A program made the position numbers and the translations under genes. DNA of 64,000 nt from Squalus acanthias (Eukaryota), in the NCBI GenBank assembly GCA_030390025.1, contig CM059432.1, forward strand, positions 9,982,001 to 10,046,000, given 5' to 3'. This document shows, piece by piece, positions 49,711 to 60,949 of the stretch. Below the pieces are notes generated by a model. That model saw only the letters and a list, made by a program, of their open reading frames with translations. It was not told the origin of the DNA and ran no database searches. The stretch's first letter is position 1. Every line of letters begins with the position of its first letter.

Positions 49711-50276
49711 AGCAGTTTTATCTTGGGTTAAGTACCTATGTACTGGACTTCCATTCTATCCAATAGTGTTGTCCCTGTTCTCAGACGTGGCAGAGACAAC
49801 AATACGACCCTCACACGGTGTCACGGAGGTGGATGAGGCTTTAAGTACCAGTGGTCATAATGTGCTCACACTTGACATAACAAGAATGGGAGCAGTTGCT
49901 AAAACCCAAACAAAATTGCCAAATTTTAAGAAGGCCAACTTTAAGCGCTTGAGAGGTCTTGTCAGTGTAGGTCTGGAAAGTTTGAATATAGCTAGGAGAG
50001 TGGAGGAACTGTGGCATTCCTTTGAAGAGGTGATTCTGAATGCAATAGATCAATCTGTACCTATGCAAAGCAAAGGTACCAAGTTTAAAGGCACTCCTAC
50101 CTGATTTAATGTGACTACCAAGCAATTTGTAAAGAAGAAGGAAAAAGCATTCAAGGCCATGAAGGAGAGTGGCACAGAATTAAGACAGATTCAATACCAA
50201 AAGGGAGTGTATAAAGGGCATTAAAATGGCCGACTTAAATATGACAAGAGAAGGATAAAAGTTTTTCAGTTATATT

Positions 50277-51040
50277 GGCCCAGAAATTAAACATGGATGG
50301 TTCCCGCGGGGGTAAGGATTCCCCGCGATATCGCACTCCGCGCCTACCTTTTTATTTGGGGCCCACACGAACTTTAGTTTCAAAAGGCTCTCCCTGTTGC
50401 AACCGTGCAGTGCTTGCGTGTCCCAGAGGCGCAATTAGTTCGTGCGAGCTCTGGGATCACGTGATTCAGTTAGAGCCAATGGCAGCACACCATCTTTCAT
50501 TCATAGTTTTGACAGCAAGGGCTGTCAAAGCTATGAATACTACAAGCCCCCAAAAGAACAGCTAAACCTCAATTAAATAAAAAAAAAGCCATCACATTAA
50601 TAAAATAAGTATAGTTAAATAAATTAACCACTTTAAACAAAAAATTAAATTTTTAAAAAAATTTAAAATCTTTTTAAAAGTTATAAAAATAAACTTACCT
50701 TTCTTTAAAGTCTCTAAAAAAGGTAAACCTGTTGGAAAAAATTTAAAATAACACTTAATTAACTACTTACCTTGTTAAAAGGGGGTCCTACGCCTGCTTT
50801 CTTCATGTGTAAAATCTTCACCACTTACCTGCGCGTTCAAACCTGAAAAAAAAACTAAGTGCACTGCGTGCGCACAGCCTGTAGCGCGCACGCGGTTCAC
50901 TTAGGAACCGCCCCCTTTGCAATACACGAAGTGCCGGTTTCCCGCGCATGCGCAGTGCATGCAGGAAACCGGCAATTCGGGACCTAATACGCGAGAGTAC
51001 ACAGTGCGTAATCTCCCGCATTAGGTCTAATTTTCGGGCC
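50277..51040. mobile_element. ~765-bp Harbinger-type MITE, copy 3
   Basis: Same TIRs; ATT TSD at 50274-50276 and 51041-51043. Confidence 0.9.
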
Positions 51041-51342
51041 ATTGTAAGAAAAGGGGAAATCTTAATTTCAGAGTCTCCCTACTAACTAACCTGAACTAAA
51101 TCAATTGATTCTATTATTAATTGCAGCATAAAGATTTCATTATGTTATTGCTACACTTATAATCTACTTGTAAACCCTGTAGTAATATGCCCTGGGTAGA
51201 CCCAGTTAGATTTTAAAATGGAAGAAATGCAAGCGTTGGGCCTCCCTTGACCAACATTTTAAAAGTGCTTCCCAGCAAACTTATTAACAAGAGCGTGAAC
51301 CTGAGCAGGAGCGGGAGCGGCAGAGGCAGCGGCAGCAGCAGC

Positions 51343-51470
51343 ATAAAGGGAGAGGCGGAGAAGGCCCAGGACAGAGCGCGGAGCTGAGCAGGAGCGGCGG
51401 TATAAAGGGAGAGGCGGAGAAGGCCCAGGACAGAGCGCGGAGCCGAGCAGGAGCGGCAGTATAAAGGGAG
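51343..51470 (+). repeat. 59-bp tandem repeat in the CR1 5' UTR
   Basis: ATAAAGGGAG at 51343, 51402 and 51461. Confidence 0.9.
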
Positions 51471-54400
51471 CTGAGCGGAGCTTCCAAAAAAAACACAAGG
51501 AGTGACATCACAGGACAGCTGGTAACTGATTGGTTGGTCAAGGTCACACTTTTTTTCTCTCTTTAAGTTAGGGGCCGGGGTTAAATAGCTGGTTAGGAGC
51601 TTGGAGATGAGTAACTGTTAATACTATATTATATTAATAAGTTGAATTAGATACATCTTAGTCTTAAGTTTCTGTAAAGTTAGTTAATAGTTGAATAAAT
51701 AAAGGCATAGCAGGGCAGCTCGGTCCAGCGGAATGCACATCCTGTGCCACGTGGGAATTCCAGGATGCTTCCCGTGTCCTGGACAACCACGTGTGCAGGA
51801 GGTGCTGTCAGCTGGAGGAGCTCGAGCTCCGGGTTTCGGAGCCTGAACAGAAGCTGGCGTCACTGCGGTGCATCCGCGAGGCCGAGAGCTACGTTGATAG
51901 CACGTTCAGGAGGTGGTGAGCCCGCGGCTAAGCAGTGCGCAGGCAGAGAGGGAATGGGTGACGACCAGACAGAAGAGGAGGATCAGGCAGGTAGTGCAGG
52001 AGTCCCCTGAGTGCATCTCGCTCTCCAACCAGTATTCTGTTCTGAGTACTGGTGAGGCGATGGTTCCTCTGGGGAGTACAGCCAGAGACAAGTCCATGGC
52101 ACCACGGGTGGCTCAGCTGCACAGGGTGGGAGGAGAAAGAAGATAGGGAAAGCAATAGTGGGAGGGAATTCGATAGTTAGGGGAGCAGACAGGCGTTTCT
52201 GTGGCCGCAGACGTGACTCCAGGATGGTATGTTGCCTCCCTGGTGCCAGGGTCAAGGATGTCACTGAGCGACTGCGGAACATTCTGAGGGGGGAGGGTGA
52301 ACAGCCAGAGGTCGTGGTCTATATCGGCACCAACGACATAGGTAGAAAAAGGGATGAGGTCCTGCAGGCAGATTTTAGGGAGCTAGGAAAGAGATTAAAA
52401 AGCAGGACCTCAAAGGTAGTAATCTCTGGATTACTCCCGGTGCCACGCGCGAGTGAGTATAGAAATAGGAGGATAGAGCAGATGAATGTGTAGCTGGAGA
52501 GATGGTGCAGGAGGAAGGGATTCAGATTCCTGGGACATTGGGACTGGTTCTGGGGAGGTGGGACCTGTACAGGCCAGCCGGGTTGCACCTCAACATGGCC
52601 GGTACCAATATCCTATCGGGGAGGTTTGCTCGTGCTGTTGGGGAGGGTTTAAACTAAGTTGGCAGGGGAATGGGCACCAGGATGTTGCATTAGAAAGGGG
52701 AAACAAGGTGCACAAAGGATTAGGAGAGACGGATAGCACTAAAGTAAGAAATAGTACGGTATTAGGTGGGGTCAGACTAAGGGAGAACACAGGATGGTCT
52801 AAGATAGGTTTACAGTGTACGTATGTGAACGCACAAAGCATAGTAAACAAGGTTGGTGAACTGCAGGCGCAAATAGCCACATGGGAATATGATGTTGTGG
52901 CAATAACGGAGACCTGACTCAAAAAAGGGCAGGAGTGGGTATTAAATATTCCTGGATATAAGGTGTTCAGGAAAGATAGGGAAGCAAAGGTAGGAGGTGG
53001 TGTGGCAGTATTGGTTAAGGAGAATATTACAGTGCTGGAGAGAGAGGATGTCCTGGAGGGGTCAACGACAGAATCTATATGGCTAAAGTTAAGAAATAAC
53101 AGAGGTGCCATTAGACTACTAGGTGTATTCTATAGACCACCAAATAGTGGGAAAGATATAGAGGAGCAAATTTGCAGAGAAATTACAGAGAGATGCAAGA
53201 ACTATAGAGTAGCGATAAGGGGGACTTCAACTATCCTAATATAGACTGGGATAGTAATAGTGTAAAGGGCAGAGAGGGGGAAGAATTTCTGAAGTGTGTT
53301 GAGGAGTGCTTTCTTCATCAGTGTGTTTCCGGCCGAATGAGGAAGTAGCCATTGCTGGATCTGGTTCTGGGGAATCAGGTGGGTCAAGTGGAGCAAGTGT
53401 CAGTAGGTGAAAATTTAGGGAACAGTGATCATAGTATCATAAGGTTTAGATTAGCTATGGAAAAGGACAGGGATCAATTTGAGTAAAAATACTTAACTGG
53501 AGGAAGGCCAATTTCATTGGGATGAGAATGGATCTGGCCCGGGTAAATTGGAATCAAAGATTGGCAGGCAAAGCTGTTATCGAACAATGGGCTGCCTTTA
53601 AAGAGGACATGGTTTGGGTACAGTCGAGGTACATTCTCACTAGAGGGAAAGGCAGGGCAACTAAAGTCAGAGCTCCCTGAATGATGAAAGAGATAGAGAG
53701 TAAGATGAAGCAGAAAAAGACAGATGTCAGGTTGAGAATACAAGTGAGAACCAGGCTGAATGTAGAAAGTTCAGAGGAGAAGTGAAAAAGAAAATAAAAG
53801 GGGCAAAGAGAGATTGTGAGAATAGTCATAGTGTCATAACAGCACAGAAGGAGTCCATTCGGCCCATCGAGTCCGTGCTGGCTCTCTGCAGAGCAATCCA
53901 GTCAGTCCATTCCCCCGTTCTATCCCCATAGCTCTGCAAGTTTATTTCCCTCAAGTACCTATCCAGTCTCCCCTTGAAAACATTGAGTGTCTCCGCTTCT
54001 ACCACTTCCGTCGGCAGCGAGTTCCATGTCCTCACCACTCGCTGCGTAAAAAGGTTTTTCCTCACATCCCCCTGTATCTCTTGCCCAAAACCTTAAATCT
54101 GTGTTCCCTAGTCCTTGTACCATCAACTAGTGGGAACAGCCTTTCCCCGTCTAGCCTATCCAAATCCGTTGTAATCTTGTACACCTCTATCAAATCACCC
54201 CTCAACCTCCTTTGCTCTAATGAAAACAAATCCAGCTTCTCCAACCTGTCCTTGTAGCTAAGATCCCCCATCCCCGGAACCACTCTGGTAAATCTCCTCC
54301 GCACCCTCTCAAGGGCCTTCACATCCTTCCTAAAGTGTGGTGACCAGAACTGGACGCAATACTCCAGTTGTGGTCTAACCAGCGCTTTATAAAGGTTCAG

Positions 54401-54533
54401 CATAACATCTCTACTTTTGTACTCAATACCTCTATTTATGAAACCCAAGATCTCATATGCATTGCTAACCACTCTCTCAATATGTCCTGCCACCTTCAGG
54501 GACCTATGCGCATTAACTCCCAGGTCTCTCTCT

Positions 54534-56640
54534 CATAAGAACATAACATAAGAAATAGGAGCAGGAGTAGGCCATCCGGCCCCTCGAGCCTGCTCCGCCA
54601 TTCAATAAGATCATGGCTGATCTGATCTTGGCCTCAACTCCACTTTCCTGCTCGCTCCCCATAACCTTTGATTTCCCTGTTTTTCAAAAATCTGTCTATC
54701 TCCGCCTTGAATATATTTAATGAGTCAGCATCCACAGCTCTCTGGGGTAGAGAATTCCAAAGATTCACGACCCTCTGAGAGAAGAAATTCCTCCTCATCT
54801 CCGTTTTAAATGGGCGACCACTTATTCTGAAACTATGCCCCCTAGTTCTAGATTCCTCCATGAGGGGAAACATCCTCTCTGCATCCACCCTGTCAATCCC
54901 CCTCAGAATCTTATATGTTTCAATAAGATCACCTCTCATTCTTCTAAACTCCAATGAGTATAGGCCCAACCTTCTCAACCTTTCCTTATAAGACAACCCC
55001 ATCAACTCAGGAATCATCCTCGTGAACCTTCTCTGAACTGCCTCCAATGCAAGTATATCCTTCCTTAAATAAGGAGACCAAAACTGTACGCAGTACTCCA
55101 GGTGTGGTCTCACCTATGCCCTGTACCGTTATAGCAGGACTTCCCTATTTTTATACTCCATCCCCCTCGCAACAAAGGCCAATATTCCATTTGCCTTCCT
55201 AATTACTTGCTGTACCTGCATGCTAACTTTTTGTGTTTCATGTACGAGGACACACAGATCCCTCTGTACCACAGCAATCTGTAGTCTTTCTCCATTTAAA
55301 TAATATTTTGCTTTTTTATTCTTCCTACCAAAGTGGATAACCTCACATTTTCCCACATTATACTCCATCTGCCAAATTTTTGCCCACTCACTTAACCTAC
55401 CTATATCCCTTTGCAGATTCTTTGTGTCCTCCTCACAACTTGCTTTCCCACCTATCTTTGTATCATCAGCAACTTTGGCTACATTACACTCAGTCCCTTC
55501 ATCCAAGTCATTAATATAGATTGTAAATAGTTGAGGCCCTGTGGCACCCCACTAGTTACAGTTTGCCAATCTGAAAATTAACCATTTATTCCAACTCTCT
55601 GTTTTCTGTCAGTTAGCCAATCCTCTATCCAGTCTAATATATTACCCTTAACACCGTGAGCTCTTATCTTGTGCAGTAACCTTTTATGTGGCACCTTATC
55701 GAATGCCTTCTGGAAATCCAAATACACGACATCTACTGGTTCCCCTTTATCCACCCTGCTCGTTACATCCTCAAAGAACTCTAGTAAACTTGTCAAACAC
55801 AATTTCCTTTTCATAAAACCATGTTGACTCTGCTTGATTGTATTATGATTTTCTAAATGTCCTGCTATTACTTCCTTAATAATGGATTCCAGCATTTTCC
55901 CAATGACAGATGTTAGGCTAACTGGCCTATAGATTCCTGCTTTCTGTCTCCCTCCTTTCTTGAATAGGGGAGTTATATTTGTGGTTTTCCAATCCGCTGG
56001 GAGCTTTCCAGAATCCAGGGAATTTTGGTAGATTACAACCAACGCATCCACTATCTCTGCAGCCACTTCTTTTAATGCAGGCCATCGGGTCCAGGGGACT
56101 TGTCAGCCTTTAGTCCCATAAGTTTGCCTAGTACTTTTTCTCTAGTAATAGTGATTGTTTTAAGTTTCTCCCTCCCTATAGCCCCTTGATTATCAATTAT
56201 TATTGGAATGCTTTTAGTGTCTTCTACCGTGAAGACTGATACAAAATATTTGTTCAAAGTCTCTTCCATTTCCCTGTTTCCCATTATTAATTCCCCAGTC
56301 TCATCCTCTAAGGGACCAACATTTACTTTAGCTACTCTCTTCCTTTTTATATACCTGTAGAAGCTCTTACTGTCTGTTTTTATATTTTTAGCTAGTTTAC
56401 TCTCATAATCTATCTTCTCCCTCTTCATTATTTTTTTAGTCATCCTTTGCTGGTTTCTAAAAATTTCCCAATCCTCTGGCCTACCACTAATCTTTGCAAC
56501 ATTGTATGCCTTTTCCTTCAATTTGATACCATCCTTAACTTCCTTAGTTAGCCACGGATGGTTCATCCTTCTCGTACAGTCTTTCTTTCTCATTGGAATA
56601 AACCTTTGCTGAGAGTTATGAAATATCTCCTTAAATGTCC
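54534..56640 (-). mobile_element. CR1 ORF2 (RT) nested insertion
   Basis: KSPGPDGLH..YRPVSLTS..LDFQKAFDKVPH..ADDTKIGG; (TTCTTATG)n tail. Confidence 0.95.
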
Positions 56641-56965
56641 CTGCATACTCTTTCAAACTGTGCCATTAAGTGTATATTGCCTTTCCCTGTTCCTTCTGCC
56701 AAAATGCATCACCTCACACTTCTCCGTATTAAATTCCATCTGCCACTTGTCTGCCCATTCTGCTAGCCTTTCTATGTCCTGTTGCAGTCAATTGGTATCC
56801 CCCTCACTGTTTGCCACACCCCTAAGTTTGGTGTCATTGGCAAATTTAGAAATTCTACTTTGTATTCCAATATCCAGATCATTTATATATATATATATAT
56901 ATCAAAAAAAAGCAGTGGCCCCAGCACTGACCCTTGGGGAACACCACTGTCTACCATCCTCCAGT

Positions 56966-58333
56966 TGTAGGGGGTGGTGGTTTGTGTCAGCTTCACCTCT
57001 GACTTCTGAGCGGTTCGAATCGCTCCCACTTCCTTGGTTCTAGACCTTGGACTTATTTGGGGGTTGTGATAAAAAGTGCAGCAGACAACTGGTTTTGATG
57101 CAAGAACTTTGATCTTTATTCAAGAAAGTAAAAAACACAACACAAACACTCTTAACACTCTAAAAGTGGGGAACACTTCGGTACAGGCGAGGGAAATAAC
57201 ATTAGAAGAATACTTCACCCCTCCCAATCCCACTTCACTAGCTAGGTTGGACTCTGGAGAACCAGAGATAATGCTCACCAAACGAATCCTTGACAGTTGA
57301 GATGGTTCGCGGTTTCGGGGTTCGCTGGATTGGATTTATCGGGTGAGTACCCACTTTTCTTTGGTTAGAGGTAGGGTTTAGAGTCCTTTTAAATAAAAAG
57401 TTTCATAAGGCCCTTGTTGCCATGAGGTGTCCGATGGTCACTGAGGCGGTCGCTCTGGTCTCTTCTTGCGTGTCGGCCTACTTCTGGAGCTGCTGGCCTT
57501 CTTTGTTGAACTTCTTTCTGTTGCCCCCTCGCCTTGTTGAACTGTCTTCTTCAGAGCTGTGGAACTGCCTTCTTGCAGAACTGTGGAACTGCCTTCTGCC
57601 GGACTGCTTGCTGAACTCCCTGCTGCTTGCTATAACTGTGTAACTGCTCCAACCTTGAACTTGTAGGGAACTTGTTGTAACTGCTGAACTGTATACCTGT
57701 ACTGGAGAACTCGAACTTGAACTGTTGAGAACGGGCCTTTAATTATACCCATTGAAGCTTCCTTATCTGCATGCCAAATCAAATCCCGGTCATTGCAAGA
57801 TTTTGGAGGGCTCGTTAACAGCAATTGGCTTGTAAATGTGTGAAGTGGTTTTGGGATAGCTCCATCCTGTCGATCTGTTGTTTAATTGTAGTTGAATTGT
57901 CCTCATGTTTTGAGTTTCTTGACTGGGCCTAGGATTTCTATAGAGTCGGCCGAAGTAATCTGTTTTATGCATGTCTTTAATGGGCTCTGTAAATTTGGGT
58001 GGAGACTGTTTTTCCTCAGGTAGGATGCTAATGTCTACTAGGGGCCGATTTAACTCCAAGTGAGGTCATGCGTTTCCCCAGACAGTTCCCATTAACTCCA
58101 ATATCCAAACTGTCTTTACAGAGGTTGACCCCACCTTCCTTTACAGCCTTTTCTCCCTTACAAGTCCAGACATGTCTTTTAAAATACCAAATCTCGGTTT
58201 TTGCACTAAACTGTCCTTCGGTTAAGCCCAATGCATTTCACCACCTGTAATCGTTAGAAAAGAGTCCAAAGTTTTTTTTTCTTAGCGTTTGTCTTCGAGT
58301 TTTAGGGGATCTGTGAATTTTGAGAATCTTACA
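56966..58333 (-). mobile_element. Solo LTR (ERV- or Gypsy-type), 1368 bp
   Basis: TGTA...TACA ends; 4-bp TSD CAGT; empty site visible in the paralogous CR1 at ~2965-2980; minus-strand TATAAT ~57745 and AATAAA ~57118. Confidence 0.8.
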
Positions 58334-58650
58334 CAGTCTGAAAAACAGCCATTTACCACAACTCGCTGTTTTCTGTCCTTAAGACAAGTCCTTATCCAAG
58401 CTGCCACTGACCCATCTATTCCATGAGCCTCAATTTTGTTAACCATCCTTCTATGTGGTACTTTGTCAAACACCTTCCGAAAATCCATGCAGACAGCATC
58501 CATTGCATTCCCTTCATCGATCCTCCCTGTTACTTCATCAAAAAATTCAATTAGATTAGTCAAACATGATCTGCCTTTTACAAATCCATGTTGGCTCTCC
58601 TTAATTAGCTTAAACCTCTCCAAGTGCCCGTTAATTTTTTCCTTGATTAT

Positions 58651-58855
58651 TGGGGGTGATTTTGCAAATGGGGAGCTTTTGGAGGCGGGACTCCCACTTG
58701 TCGGGATTCAGTACCGCCTCCATCAACTTCTGGCCAATCCACGCTGTTAACAGGTAGTCAATAGGCTTTAATCCCTTCCTGCCTCCAAGGAGACGGGACC
58801 CGTCGCGGGACAGCTACCCGCCTCCTGGCAAGATGGCATGGAGGCGGGTTGGGAA
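58651..58855. mobile_element. Harbinger-type MITE fragment
   Basis: GGGGGTGATTTT start; repeated GGAGGCGGG / CCCGCCTCC motifs. Confidence 0.5.
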
Positions 58856-60245
58856 AATAGATTGGCAGCTAACATAAAAGGGAATCCAAAAGTCTTCTAT
58901 CGGCATATAAATAGTAAACGGGTAGTAAGAGGAGGGGTGGGGCCAATTAGGGACCAAAAAGGAGACCTACTCATGGAGGCAGAGGTACTAAATGAGTACT
59001 TTGCATCTGTCTTCACCAAGGAAGAAGATGCTGCCAAAGACATAATGAAGGAGGAGGTAGAGGAGATACTGAATGGGATAAAAATTGATAAAGAGCAGGT
59101 ACTAGAAAGGCTGGCTGTACTTAAAATAGATAAGTCCCCAGGACCAGATGGGATGCATCCTAGGACGCTGAGGGAAGTGAACGAAGAAATCACAGAGGTA
59201 CTGGCCATAATCTTCCAATCCTCCTTAGAAATGGGGGTGGTGCCAGAGGACTGGAGAATTGCAAATGTTACACCCTTGTTCAAAAAAGGGTGTAAAGATA
59301 AACCCAGCAACTACAGGCCAGTCAGTTTAACCTCGGTAGTAGGGAAGGTTTTAGAAACAATAATCAGGGACAAAATTAACAGTCACTTGGACAAGTGTGG
59401 ATTAATTAAGGAAAGCCAGCACAGATTTGTTAATGGCAAATCGTGTTTAACCAACTTGATCGAGTTCTTTGATGAGGTGACAGAGAGAATTGATGAGGAC
59501 AATGTGGTAGACGTGGTGTACATGGAATTTCAAAAGGTGTTCAACAAAGTGCCACATAATAGGCTAGCCAGCAAAATTGAAGCCCAAGGAATAAAAGGGA
59601 CAGTGGCAGCATGGATACGAAATTGGCTAAATGACAGGAAACAGAGAGTAGTTGTGAACGGTTGTTTTTCGGACTGGAGGAAGTTATACAGTGGTGTTCT
59701 CCAGGGGTCGGTTCTAGGACCACTTCTTTTCTTGAAATATATTAATGACTTGGACGTGGGCGTACAGGGCACAATTTCAAAATTTGCAGATGACACAAAA
59801 CTTGGAAGTATAGTGAACAGTGAAGAGGATAGTGATAGACTTCAAGAGGACATAGACAGGCTGGTGGAATGGGCGGACACGTGGCAGATGAAATTTAACG
59901 CGGAAAAGTGCAAAGTGATACATTTTGGTTGAAAGAATGTAGAGAGGAAATATAAACATAGAAACATAGAAGATAGGAACAGGAGTAGGCCATTCGGCCC
60001 CTCGAGCCTGCTCCGCCATTCAATGCGATCATGGCTGATCATTCAAATTCAGTACCCTGTCCCTGCTTTCTCCCCATATCCCTTGATCCCCTTAGCCTTA
60101 AGGAATATATCTAACTCCTTCTTGAATATATTTAATGAATTGGCCTCTACTGCCTTCTGTGGTAGAGAATTCCACAGGTTCACCACTCTCTGGGTGAATA
60201 AATTCCTCCTCATCTCAGTCCTAAATGGCTTACCCCTTATCCTTA

Positions 60246-60469
60246 TGTGAGAAGTCGCACAACACCAGGTTATAGTCCAACAGCTTTATTTGAAATCACA
60301 AGCTTTCGGAGCGCTGCTCCTTCATCAGGTGAAGTCAGACTTCACCTGATGAAGGAGCAGCGCTCCGAAAGCTTGTCATTTCAAATAAAGCTGTTGGACT
60401 ATAACCTGGTGTTGTGCGACTTCTCACATTTGTCCACCCCAGTCCAACACCGGCATCTCCACATCATGG
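60246..60469. mobile_element. PLE family B inverted pseudo-LTR pair (185-bp palindrome 60245-60429)
   Basis: Centre at 60337; one mismatch seen; 12-bp TSD CCCTTATCCTTA at 60234-60245 and 60470-60481. Confidence 0.9.
60296..60333 (-). ncRNA. Minimal type-I hammerhead ribozyme motif (PLE family B)
   Basis: TCAC-CTGATGA-A-GGAGC(AGC)GCTCC-GAAA-GC-TT^GTGA; palindromic stem III AAGCUU. Confidence 0.8.
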
Positions 60470-60949
60470 CCCTTATCCTTAGACTGTGACCTCTGGTTCT
60501 GGACTTCCCCGCCATCGGGAACAGCCTTCCTGCATCTAGTCTGTCTAGTCCTGTTAGAATTTTATAAGTATCAATGAGATCCCCTCTCATTCTTCGAAAC
60601 TCTAGCGAATACAAGTCCAATCGACCCAATCTCTCTTCATACGTCATTCCTGCCATCCCAGGTATCAGTCTGGTGAATCTTCGCTGCACTCCCTCCATGG
60701 CAAGAACACCCTTCCTCAGATAAGGCGACCAAAACTGCACACAATACTCAAGGTGTGGTCTCACCAAGGCCCTGTACAACTGCAGCAAGACATCCTTGCT
60801 CCTGTACTCGAATCCTCTCACTATGAAGGCCAACATACCATTTGCCTTCTTAACCGCCTGCTGCACCTGCATGCTTACCTTCAGCATTTCTTATGTTCTT
60901 ATGTATTCACATTGCTACCAGTACGGTTGCCAAGCAGCTGTGCAAACTT

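Larger units (their letters stand above)
53826..58650 (-). mobile_element. CR1 (same subfamily as 1964-2985) interrupted by another CR1 and a solo LTR
   Basis: Segments 53826-54533, 56641-56965 and 58334-58650 are colinear. Confidence 0.9.
51270..59955 (+). mobile_element. CR1 LINE retaining 5' UTR, ORF1 (Cys finger, coiled coil, SGNH esterase) and ORF2, split by a ~5-kb nested stack (53826-58855)
   Basis: CTSC..CRRC..LEELELRV; GNSIVRG..CCLPGARVKD..IGTNDI; YVNAQSIVNK..AITET; RT ORF 58838-59932; AATAG on both sides of the stack. Confidence 0.9.
59956..60885 (-). mobile_element. CR1 3' fragment interrupted by a PLE palindrome
   Basis: ORF 60399-60887 reads as CR1 until the insertion. Confidence 0.9.

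Noticed and set aside
58838..59932. 364-aa ORF as an intact or domesticated gene
   Set aside because: It is the RT part of a CR1 ORF2 cut off by nested insertions and ending in a premature stop.
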